NCBI RefSeq assembly: GCF_035594765.1 | Contig: NW_026943822.1 | Span: 18,871,769 to 18,935,768, forward strand | Length of the DNA: 64,000 nt | Source of the DNA: Anolis carolinensis | Lineage: Eukaryota | Direction: 5' to 3' | Part shown: in pieces, positions 40,312 to 50,400 of the stretch | How the letters are laid out: each line of letters begins with the position of its first letter | How positions within the stretch are numbered: position 1 is the stretch's first letter | The notes under the pieces: generated by a model | Seen by the model: the letters and a program-made list of their open reading frames with translations, nothing else | The model's database searches: none | Told to the model about the DNA's origin: nothing | Program-made: the position numbers and the translations under genes

Positions 40312-42315
40312 GTATTTATATTCCGCCCTTCTCACCCCGAAGGGGACTCAGGGCGGATTACAATGAACACATATATGGCAAACATTCAATGCCAACAGAC
40401 AAACGACATACATTAGACAGACTCAGAGGCATTTTTAACATTTTTCCAGCTTCACGATTCCGGCCACAGGGGGAGCTGTTGCTTCACCGTCCAGTAGTGG
40501 CTGTACTTCCTCATTCCTTTCCTCGTGTTTTGCTGGCAGTTTTATGGTGTTGTAAATTAGCCTCCCGCATAAAGCGTCCCTAAATTTCCTTAATTGACAG
40601 ATGCAACTGTCTTTCGGGGCTGCATAGGTCAACAGCAAGCCGGGGCTATTAATGGTCGGAGGCTTAACCTGACCCGGGCTTCGAACTCATGACCTCTCGG
40701 TCAGTAGTGATTTATAGCAGCTGGTTACTAGCCAGCTGCGCCACAGCCCAATATTATACTACTAATAATGCAATATACAGTAGAGTCTCACTAATCCAAG
40801 CTAAACGGGCTGGCAGAAGCTTGGATAAGCGAATATCTTGGATTATAAGGACTGATCAAGAAAAAGCCTATTAAACATCAAATTAGGTTATGATTTTACA
40901 AATTAAGCACCAAAACTTCATGTTATACAACAAATTTGACAGAAAAAGTAGTTCAATACGCAGTAATGTTATGTTGTAATTACTGTATTTACGAATTTAG
41001 CACCAAAATATCACGATATATTGGAAACATTGACTACAAAAATGGCTTGGATTATCCAGAGGCTTGGACAAGCGAGGCTTGGATTAGTGAGACTCTACTG
41101 TAATAATAATTATATATTATATATTAAATGTAATATTACTAATAATATTACCATATAATGATATAGTACAATATAGTAAATTAATGCTTATATTGTGCTA
41201 TGCTAATAATGTATGTTCATTTGATTTGTAAGCCGCTTTGAGTCCCCTTCGGAGTGAGAAGAGTGGGACATAAATATAGTAAATAAATAGATCTCAGACT
41301 CACCAGGATTTGGATGCTGCCAATTCCCTCCTAATATTTCCTGATTTCTTTCTCCTTTCCGCAAGTTTGCCATCTCATTCCTGTACTTACTGCTCAGCCA
41401 TGGTGAGAGATGCCTGTCTTCTGGCATACCCGAAAACACCAATGATGCAGATTTTGAAAAATGGTGAGTTAGCATCTGTGAGCAAAGCATTCCTACACAG
41501 TTTGAACTAGCAGCCTCCTTAACAGTTACACCACCTCTTTTTATTTTTCCCTAGGGTAAACACTGTACTTCTCGTTGCAAGAGAACTCTCTCACGTGCCT
41601 AAAGCCTCCATGGTGGAGCCGCTTCACCTCCCCAGCAACCTCTTGCTCCTCTTTTGCCGTTATGTAGACAAAGACATAGTGACTTGCTTGGATGACAAGA
41701 TGGAGTAAGTATGGGTCAAGAGAACAGGTTTCTATGTGAAGGGGTCGGTGTGATGCAAATGCCCGTAAAAGCCTTCAGGCTCAGACTTTTTACATTTTGG
41801 AGATTTAATGGACATCACACAAAAGCTTGGCTAAATGTTGTTTTGGGTCGACTCTGCTGCTCAGTTCAGGAGAAACGCTTGGTGGCTAAATAGTGTCCAT
41901 CTCAAAAGGGAAGATGCGAAGTAGGTACAGTAGAGTCTCACTTATCCAAGGTTCTGGATTATCCAAGGCATTTTTGTAGTCAATGTTTTCAATATATCAT
42001 GATATTTTGGTGCTAAATTCGTAAATACAGTAATTACCACATAACACTACTGCGTATTGAACTACTTTTTCTTTCAAATTTGTTGTATAACATGATGTTT
42101 TGGTGCTTAATTTGTAAAATCATAACCTAATTTGCTGTTTAATAGGCTTTTCCTTAATCCCTCCTTATTATCCAAAATATTTGCTTATCCAAGGTTCTGC
42201 CGGCCCGTTTAGCTTGGATAAGTGAGACTCTACTGTAGTAGGTGATGTGAACTTGTTTCCTTTCAGTTCCCGGTTTGCCTTTTGTCTTTCAGGTGATTTC
42301 TTCTGCCGTCATTAA
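28286..42315 (+). CDS. PATL2: Protein PAT1 homolog 2, 17 coding exons, ~683-698 aa
   Basis: Exons 28286-28318, 30795-30897, 31531-31901, 32587-32733, 33755-33838, 34296-34426, 35785-35862, 36783-36924, 37197-37314, 37392-37489, 38452-38496, 38744-38892, 39279-39438, 39955-40095, 41366-41463 and 41555-41704; last exon from 42267 (stop 42315) or 42293 (stop 42296). All phases join. Motifs [74 protein letters not shown]. Head-to-head with B2M as in mammals. AATAAA at 42636-42641. The first and last exons are less certain. Confidence 0.9.
28432..29208. mobile_element. Cluster of nested Tc1/mariner MITE copies
   Basis: Copy 28581-28901 with TA duplication sits inside copy 28432-29060; a further partial copy lies at 29080-29208. 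Confidence 0.85.
29333..29530. mobile_element. Penelope-like inverted (fold-back) terminal fragment
   Basis: 29375-29436 is the reverse complement of 29461-29525. Confidence 0.75.
29436..29482 (+). ncRNA. Minimal hammerhead ribozyme motif, sense to PATL2 intron 1
   Basis: CUGAGGA at 29441-29447, stem II GCCU:GGGC, GAAACGUC at 29468-29475, then AGGAG; first stem I pair is a C-A mismatch. Confidence 0.55.
30004..30136. mobile_element. Palindromic hAT MITE
   Basis: CAGGCAT ends; 8-bp TSD ttctatac/ttctataa. Confidence 0.75.
31037..31343 (+). mobile_element. Sauria SINE with 21-bp target-site duplication
   Basis: taccctgtcatataatccagt at 31016-31036 and 31344-31364; (ACCTTT)n tail. Confidence 0.88.
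32335..32478 (+). mobile_element. R4/Dong-type 3' tip in (TAA)n
   Basis: Near-identical to 24825-24950; TAA repeats on both sides. Confidence 0.75.
33014..33598 (+). mobile_element. Non-autonomous hAT with internal ~50-bp tandem array
   Basis: CAGGGGT TIRs; perfect 8-bp TSD ctcaaatt; ccatctagatggtctcataag units. Confidence 0.85.
33990..34123. mobile_element. Palindromic hAT MITE
   Basis: Fold-back arms; TSD ggttatat/tgttatat. Confidence 0.8.
34965..35525. mobile_element. Pogo/Tigger-type MITE with internal AT-rich minisatellite
   Basis: TIR CTGTATATACTCGAGTATAAGC; TA duplication. Confidence 0.75.
36283..36663. mobile_element. Tc1/mariner MITE plus duplicated terminus
   Basis: CAGTAGAGTCTC TIR, TA flanks. 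Confidence 0.8.
37617..37941. mobile_element. Tc1/mariner MITE
   Basis: Same family as 12263-12585, opposite orientation. Confidence 0.8.
38058..38383 (+). mobile_element. Sauria SINE
   Basis: tRNA-like head, conserved core, TSD taatgtaatatc/tagtgtaatatc. Confidence 0.85.
40305..40750 (-). mobile_element. Anolis SINE2-like element (tRNA head, L2-derived tail)
   Basis: Minus strand tgggctgtggcgcagctgg..gagttcgaagccc head and tgtaatccgccctgagtccccttcggggtgagaagggcgg tail. Confidence 0.75.
40778..41100. mobile_element. Tc1/mariner MITE
   Basis: TIRs and TA flanks. Confidence 0.85.
41928..42235. mobile_element. Tc1/mariner MITE
   Basis: TIRs and TA flanks. Confidence 0.85.
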
Positions 42316-42740
42316 CCACTACAGGGTGAAATTGTGAAAAATAGTGTCTTTCTTCGCAAAGCATATGGCTTGAATGCAGTCGCCACTTCAAAACAGGAAG
42401 CTTCATTTATATGTTCTGTTTGTTTTTGTTTATTGTTTGTAGTATCTGGGCTTTTAAGTACCCTGTGCCAATCTGTAGATAGTTAGTGCTGGCACCGGAG
42501 CCCATTCCACATAACTTACTAGGCCTGGATGAGTTTGACGCAGGCCGCCCTTGTACAGTAAACCCTAGATTTGTCTCGTATGGAACTTTGTATTATAGAG
42601 TCTTCTTTACAGTCTTCTTTACAGCACTTATGTACAATAAAAGCAACTAAAACCACACTGAAATCTTTGATGTAGGAGAAAAAAATGGTACAATGTATAT
42701 GCAAAAGCATTACATTGTTTTGAGCAATACTTTATCTAAG

Positions 42741-43280
42741 AATCCTAGAGTTGGAAGAGATCTTATGGGCCATCCAGTCCAACCCCCTGCCAAGAAGCAG
42801 GAAAATCCCATTCAAAGCTAGAATCTTAGAGCTTTTCCAACTCTATGTTACTATTATTCTAAGCACCCCCAACAGATGGCCATCTAGCCTCTGTTTAAAA
42901 GCCTTCAATGAAGGAGCCTCCACATAACTCCAGGGCAGAGAGTTCCACTGCTGAACAGCTCTCACAGTTAGGAAGTCCTTTCAGTGTTCAGGTGGAATCT
43001 CCTTTCCTGTAATTTGAAGCCATTGTTTTGCGTCCCAGTCTCCAGGGCAGCAGAAAACAAGCTTGCTCCCTCTTCCCTATGACTTCCTCTTATATCTTTA
43101 TATATGGCCCATATCATGTCTCCTCTCAGCCTTCTCTTCTGCAGGCTAAACATGCCCAGCTCTTTAAGCTGCTCCTCATAGGGCTTGTTCTCCAGACCCT
43201 TGATCATTTTAGTCGCCCTCCTTTGAACACATTCCAGCTTGTCAACAACTCCCTTCAATCGTAGTTCCCAGAATTGTACT
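42741..43280 (-). mobile_element. CR1 LINE 3' fragment
   Basis: ORF 42968-43318 translates [27 protein letters not shown]. Confidence 0.88.
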
Positions 43281-43289
43281 TTCCACAGA

Positions 43290-43505
43290 TATATAAACCC
43301 CACGTGCCAAGTTTCCAACAGACCTCACAACCTCTGAGGATGCCTGCCATAGATGTGGGTGAAACATCAGGAGAAAATGCTTCTGGAACATGGCCATGCA
43401 GCCCAGAAAACTCACAGCAACCCAGTGATTCTGATCATGAAAGCCTTCAATGACACAAGATGTATTATTATTGGGTTGTGAGTTTTCCAGGCTGTATGGC
43501 CATGC
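43290..43505. mobile_element. Penelope-like terminal fragment with hammerhead motif (43331-43373, +)
   Basis: cct CTGAGGA tgcctgccatagatgtgggt GAAAC ATC aggag. Confidence 0.7.
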
Positions 43506-43535
43506 ATTATTATTAATATTAAATATTATTAATAC

Positions 43536-43930
43536 AGTAGAGTCTCGCTTATCCAATCAATCCATTTTGAAATGAAGTCTTATGGATTTTGCAGACTGTG
43601 GGATATAAATAAAAATAAAAATAATAATAGAGTCTTATCCAAGGTTCTGGATTATCCAAGGCATTTTTGTAGTCAATGTTTTCAATATATCATGATATTT
43701 TGGTGCTAAATTCGTAAATACGGTAATTACAATTACAACATAATATTACTGCATATTGAATTACGTTTTCTGTCCAAATTTTTGTAAACATGTTTTGGTG
43801 CTTAATTTGTAAAATCATAACCTAATTTGATGTTTAATAGGCCTTTCCTTAATCCCTCCTTATTATCCAACATATTCGCTTATCCAAGCTTCTGCCGGCC
43901 CGTTTAGCTTGGATAAGTGAGACTCTGCTG
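43536..43930. mobile_element. Tc1/mariner MITE (interrupted)
   Basis: TIR matches. Confidence 0.75.
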
Positions 43931-44324
43931 TAATCTATATATGTAAATGAGTGATGGCATCACGGCGACCTACAAAAACAACAAAACTACAGGCCCCCCA
44001 ACCTCTAAATTTGACAACACAACCCATCATCCACGCCTCTAGGTTGATACAACAAAAAGAAAAGAAAAATAAAGTCCTAATTAGAGGGAAAGGAATAATT
44101 GTTTTTATCCAATAGCTGCTAGTATTAAATATTAATATTCATATTATTTTGAGCATTTTATTCTGACTGAAATTTTTGCTGTCTTGCTCTCCATAATCTT
44201 TCCCAACTTCTTTCGCCTAAATTAAAAATTTATGTCTGCCAAATATTTTTGAATTATTATCCCTACAAGGTTAATTGGTTTCAACAAGTCAGCTTTTCCT
44301 TTGGAATCAGGCAGTAAAGAGGAT

Positions 44325-44486
44325 GGTTCGAGGCCCCGCCCCGTATCTTGATAGCCCCGCCTCCTCCCGCCGCTGATTGGGTGTTCACCGGGCGTGGCTC
44401 CTCCCACCCGCCACTCTTTCTGAGGGCCTCTCCCACATACAATGCCTGTTGCTGCTTCCGGCGGAAGTGGCTTCCTCGGCGGCGAC
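44325..44486 (+). promoter_or_regulatory. SNX1 CpG-island promoter
   Basis: GC boxes (ccccgcc), ATTGG at 44376-44380, inverted ETS pair cttccggcggaag at 44455-44467. Confidence 0.7.
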
Positions 44487-47400
44487 ATGGCGTCGGGAGG
44501 GTCTCCGGCGGACCGGCTCCCGCCGCCTTTCCCCGCCGCCGAGGCCGAGCCAGGCCCGGAGGAGAACGGCAGCGATTCCGAAGGCGAGGATATCTTCACC
44601 GGAGGTGGCAGCGACAACCACAATGTGAGTGAGGGAGATTCAGAGCCGGGGACAGCAGGCCTGGGCCAATTTGGGCCCCTGAGGTGTTTTGGACTTCAAC
44701 TCCCAGCATTCCTCACGGCCTCAGGCCCCTTCCTTTTCCCCCTCAGCCGCTTAAGCGGCTGAGGGGGAAAAGGAAGGGGCCTGAGGCCGTGAGGAATGCT
44801 GGGAGTTGAAGTCCAAAACACCTCAGGGGCCCAAATTGCCCCAGGCCTGGCCTAAAAGTTTGTTTATTCATTCATTTTAGTTTTTGGGGACCACTGACAG
44901 GTCGGGGACCACTGGCCTAGAAGAATCCTCCACTTTGTGTGACTGGGGAGCAGAACACATTATTTCCCTCAGTCTGTTGATGCATCTATACACTGAATTT
45001 TAAACTCAGTGGAGGTTCCTGCTTGATGTCGCAAGGGAAGATCTGGCGTCGCTGCTTTTCAGGAAATTGTGCAAGTCTTGGGGTTTTGCGGGAGTGACAA
45101 AGCTGTGATTCGGTGCAAGAGCTTTGAACTCAGGCCCCATCGACACTGCCGATCCTACAGCATTTATTGATCTTTGTTCTTCGACAGCATTTTGTTTAGG
45201 TGGGGGGTATTTCATGTAAAATTTTATCTGCAAGTCTAGGAGATGACTTCATATACACAGTTTAGTCTTGAAGGATCACCTGTTGTTGTTTGTTGCTCTT
45301 TCCAAAGTCACTGGTATCTTTTTCTAACGAACTGTTAACCTTACAATTAGCGCAGGGGTCCCCAAACTAAGGCTTGTGGGCCGGATGCGGCCCTCCAAGG
45401 TCATTGACCTGGCCCCTGTCCTAAACTTTAGACTTAGGGTTGACCTAAGTCTGCCTCGTCTTTGGAGGTCTCTTTGCTTTCCTATGGACTTATGAGATCG
45501 TCTAGATGGTCTTTGAAGATCTCTTTGCTTAGCTACAGCCTTATGAGACCATCTAGATGGTTTTTGGGGGTCACTTTCCTTACTTATGGTCCTATGAGAT
45601 CGTCTAGTTGTCCTTTGGGGGCCCCTTTCCTTACCTATGGTCTTATGAAACCATCTAGGTGGTCTTTGAGGGTCCCTTTCCTTACCGATGATCTTATGAG
45701 ACCATCGTTCCTTACCTATGGTCTTATGTCCCAACATAAGTCTAAGTCTGACCTAAGTCTGAAACGACTTGAAGGCAAACAACAACAATCCTAATTTTGG
45801 ACTATTTTATCATAGTCTGGCCTCCCAACGTCTGAGGGACTGTGAATCGGCCCTCCACTTAAAAAGTTTGAGTACCCCTGAATTAGCACAAAAGAACATT
45901 AATCATGCACTTCATTGTACAGCACTAAAAATGTCAGTTGACACTTTAGAGATCATCTGTTTCTGTTGAAATGAAATTTTAAAAGCATCCTAATACATCC
46001 AGTGGCTGGAATAGTAATTTGCTTTTTTTGTTTTGAAGGCCTTCTGAGAAGAAAGGAGACTAATTCTATAGTCAGGGCACTCACATTCTGATAAAGGCTG
46101 TGTTTACATGTCCTTGTCCAGAAGTGTTTTGAAATGCCTATCTTGCCAGTATATAAGCAAACTCCATGTTTTCCTCAAACTATGTGATGATCCATTTCAG
46201 GCCTGCATACATACATAATTTATTGGGGGGAAATGTTTGATACAAATACAGTACATCCTTACCAAGATGTTTCAGCCTTGATTCCTTTTTGGAGATAGTG
46301 AAGGAGGACTACAACCATTTTAAGATAACTTACAAACCACTGGAAGTTGCACAACTTCTGGAGAAAACATGCAAACCTTACACACGCCTTATCCCTAAAG
46401 CTAACAGAAAAGGCACCTTCCTCTATGATTTCTTATGTGTGTATATTGCAAGATGTTTATTATTTTCTTTCCTTATTGTGGTTCTCAAAGTGGCTAGTAG
46501 ATTCCATGTCAGAATTAAAACTATTATTCACATTGCATCATTACTATCAGTGCAAGAAAACAACCCTAGAAAGTTAGTGAATAAATAATAATGTCCTTAA
46601 CACCTTGAATAGTGACAGAGTTTAAAGTTTGAGCCCTAAGATGCCGCATGCATAATGTTTTCAGCTCTGATCCATAATCTCTCATTTTAAACATCGTATC
46701 TACAGAATATAGAATCCGAAAGAGGCTCACGGGTCTACTAGGCAGTGTGTTGTCCTGTTTTGCTGCAGATTTTTGCCATGCACCACGGGGCTTGTTTAGA
46801 ACAAAAAAGATTTAGTATAGCTTCAAAATGACAATACAGTTTTTTCAACTTGATACAAGAGAAAAACTAAGAATGTCTTTTGAAACAGCTTGGCTTTGTT
46901 GGATCTACAGGAGTACATTTTCAGCTATGTTTGCCTCTGCTTTCTTTGCCTAGTAACAAATAACCTGACTTCTGGCATAGGCAGCTCTGTTTGCGGTGCC
47001 TCTTGGACCTGTGACCCTGTTTGTGCCTGTTTTTTTTTTAACTGCGAACTCAGCCATACAGACAATGTTAGTGCTGTCTCCCGATACCAAAGCAGAGACA
47101 GTTGGCCTTTATAAGCTGAGCATAACAATGGTGGAACAGTGCGTAAATTGTACCAATGCCTGCATTGTTTTTGGACTCAAAGAAGTATGTTGACTTCTGT
47201 TCCCTGCAGCAGTTGAAAAAAAATCCATACAGTAAAAATGTTGTTAATGGGGCTTTTAAAAAACGCTTTCACACACTAGTATACTTAAGCTAATGGCATC
47301 GATGTGGTTGAAGAATAATTGAGAGCACAGGGGCTATTTTGTTAGGCATTTTTGCATATTCTTCCACAATAGGTTTAATTCTGCAGCTTACATAATGTCC

Positions 47401-50400
47401 ACTGTATTTCTAGAGTAAGCCAATGTCTCCTGAGAGGGAATCCCCTGTACAAGAAAGAAACGACTCCAAAACAAACGGCGTTCAGGAGGAAGAAGATGAG
47501 CAGGACCTATTTGCAGGTGTGTTGGCTGAGAGTTGAAGAAATATTGATTCTGGACAAATCTTACTCCTGCCATGACTTCACTAAGTGTTCTTTGGCAAAA
47601 TACCCTTGGCTATATTTCTGCACCTTGGGAAATGAGAAGACTGACCTTTTAAAAAGTATGACAACAATAAGATGTGTAGGAAACGTTTGTTTCAAACATC
47701 TGAAGTGTTTCACGGAGATTAAGCAAGAAAACAAAGATCGGGTTGTAATTATTAACATTAAACATGTAAAGTGTTTATATGAACCAAAGCAAGTTCTTAG
47801 AAAAGCCAAAACTTTGTGTGTTGGAGGATTGCATTGCATTAAACATGGCTGACATCCCAAAGATGTCAAATTTATTGTGTTCTTAATTCTGGCAGGAAGG
47901 CATTGTAAACAGGGCCAATTTTCTAAATAATTACATTGTAATTTTGGTTTCTGAAGAGCGTTTGTGCCCAGTTTTGTAGCTGTTTTGTCCTTAGGTTGGT
48001 TTAGAGAAGTAAAATCGATTTCAGTTTAGTGTGAAAACCCCCAAACAGGAAACGCAGCCACCTGGCCCACAATATGCTATGTGTGGGCCTAAATTAGTTT
48101 GTGGGTTCATGCTTTCTTCATGTTTGTTTAGCAGTTAACAACTGGCTTGCAAACTAGTGGGCCCAACTTGTTAGAAAGATGATTTAGGAATGAGATTAGT
48201 GGCAACTGCTCAGAGCATAATATTATGTTTTTAAGACACATCTTAGATAATAATTTATCACTGGAACTCTAACCAAAGAGCAGGAATTGGTACTGTTCTC
48301 TAATATAAAGGAGATGAGTTAAAAGAGATTTGCATGTTGTGTCCCCGAGGGGCATTCAGCCATACCAGTTAAGATGATGCCAAATTGCATTAACCTCTCA
48401 GATCAAGAACATGTATATGCATCCTCATTTTGACCTGGTTTTAAATGCCAACGATGAAGGGAATGTTACATTCATATTGCTCAAATACATCTCTTTACCT
48501 TAAACGACCTTCATGCTTGGTTGTCAGGGGAGATGCTCCTCCTGTTACAGATCTTGTGGCTTGAAAGAAACTTGAACCTGAATGGCTGGAAGAATTTACG
48601 AAGGATTTTTATCTGTACCTGGTTACACAAATCTTGTCCTTTTGCAGATGCTACTGTGGAATTATCCCTGGATAATACACAAAACAACCAGAAGAAGGAG
48701 ACAGCAAATGTTTTCAGTCCTACCCCTTCTCTTGAAAGAGAAGCAAATTCTTCTTCTAAGCATCAGTCAAAAACCTATGAGGAGGTCTGTGCTTCTACAT
48801 TTGTTTTGTTACGCATTTAGTTGTCTATTTTGGAATATTTTCAAAAGAGTGAATTGTAGTGACTAGTGAGAATAAAATTCTTGCTGGATAAAGTTTGCTT
48901 GCTTTCTGCTTTGTTCTGCTGCAATATCTGGTGCTCAATTTTAGTTGCTGGTTTTTAATGTTAATAATAATATGCAAGAGGGACTTCTTTCTGGTAAATG
49001 ACAACATAGAAAGACTCTCGAGATTTTGCCTTTCATGTGTTTAAAACCTGTGCTGTGGCACTTCTTTATAGGCAACCTCTCAGATCAAGAACATTTTTCC
49101 ATGGTGTCAGACTGGGGAATGTATAACCCATTAAATCTTAAGTACATCATGTAATGTGTTTAATTCGAGCATGGAGTGTTCTCACAAAATGGCTCTGGTG
49201 CCCGAGAACTCGCATTGTGCACTGAGGCTTGGCTAGAGCTGCCAAATAATTTTGATACAAAATCTAATGAGTGTAACCTGACCTAATTTGAGGTTTTACG
49301 GCATTCATGTTAAACTCACAGTCTTTCTTTTTGTGTAGGTTGAAGGATTAATGGTTGTGCATTCAAAATATGCAATCAACCCTGCCTTTCTACCTCCCAA
49401 CTTTCTTACATTCACAAATAGAAAACAAAACAAATCGCCTACCAAAGCTGTCATACAGCAGTAGCAACAGGACCAAGCCTGTCTGTCTGTCTATTTATCT
49501 ATGTCTAAAGATGTATATCTATATGTTTGTTCCTCAAAGGCTCCTACGTGGCTTGACGGATCTGGACCAAACTTGGTACACATTACCTTTCATGATCTAG
49601 CTTAAAATACTAAGGGAAGTCTCCAGCTAACAATGAGTATTTCTAATATATACCACATTAGGAAATGCAAACCTGGGCATTCATGAATCCCAATATTTGT
49701 AATCTCTTCTGATGGACTTTCAATGATGTGAAATTGTGATTAAATCCTTATATTTAAAGTTTCAGCTTCTTAAAGATCTTTGTGGTATCTGTGAATCAAC
49801 AACTCTGTGTGCCATAGCTGTCTCACCCCCCCCTTCTTCCCCTCAAAATGTATACTATCAAACTCAATTCACAGCAGAATGGGGTCTTGGATACAAGGTC
49901 TGACAAAAGTCCTTGGATTAGCAATAATGGTGTTGTCCTCCGCTGTTTCTCTTACAGCTAGAAGAGGAAGAAGAAGAAGACAAATTTGAACTTTCAGTGG
50001 GAGTGAGTGATCCTGAGAAGATCGGTGAGTCATTCATTAAATAGAAATGACATAATTATAGGGAAAGACTGCGGGGATCTGAGCTTTCAACTTCCCGACT
50101 GAGCCAAGACTGTTCATATAGTGCTGTTTTTCCTTATGATCTGCACATGCGTTAAATGAGAAAATTAAAACCTGTGCTATCACTGCCAACGTTGGGATAC
50201 ATTAGGGATTATCTGCTCGAAACATTTATCTCCTCTTTCTTGCCCAGGAAAAAGGTTTCTGTTAAAAGCTATCCATTCTAAACTTGCCAAGAAAAGCCCA
50301 TTCTAAGTTTGCCTTCGGGTCATCATACATTGGAAATGACTTGCGGATAAAAAACAGACAAGCTGGCAACCTGCCAGTTTCTTAAACCCAGAGTCAACCT

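Noticed and set aside
43930-44330. CIAO2A (FAM96A) expected head-to-head with SNX1 from human synteny
   Set aside because: No matching exon found on the minus strand; the region holds repeats and the PATL2 3' end
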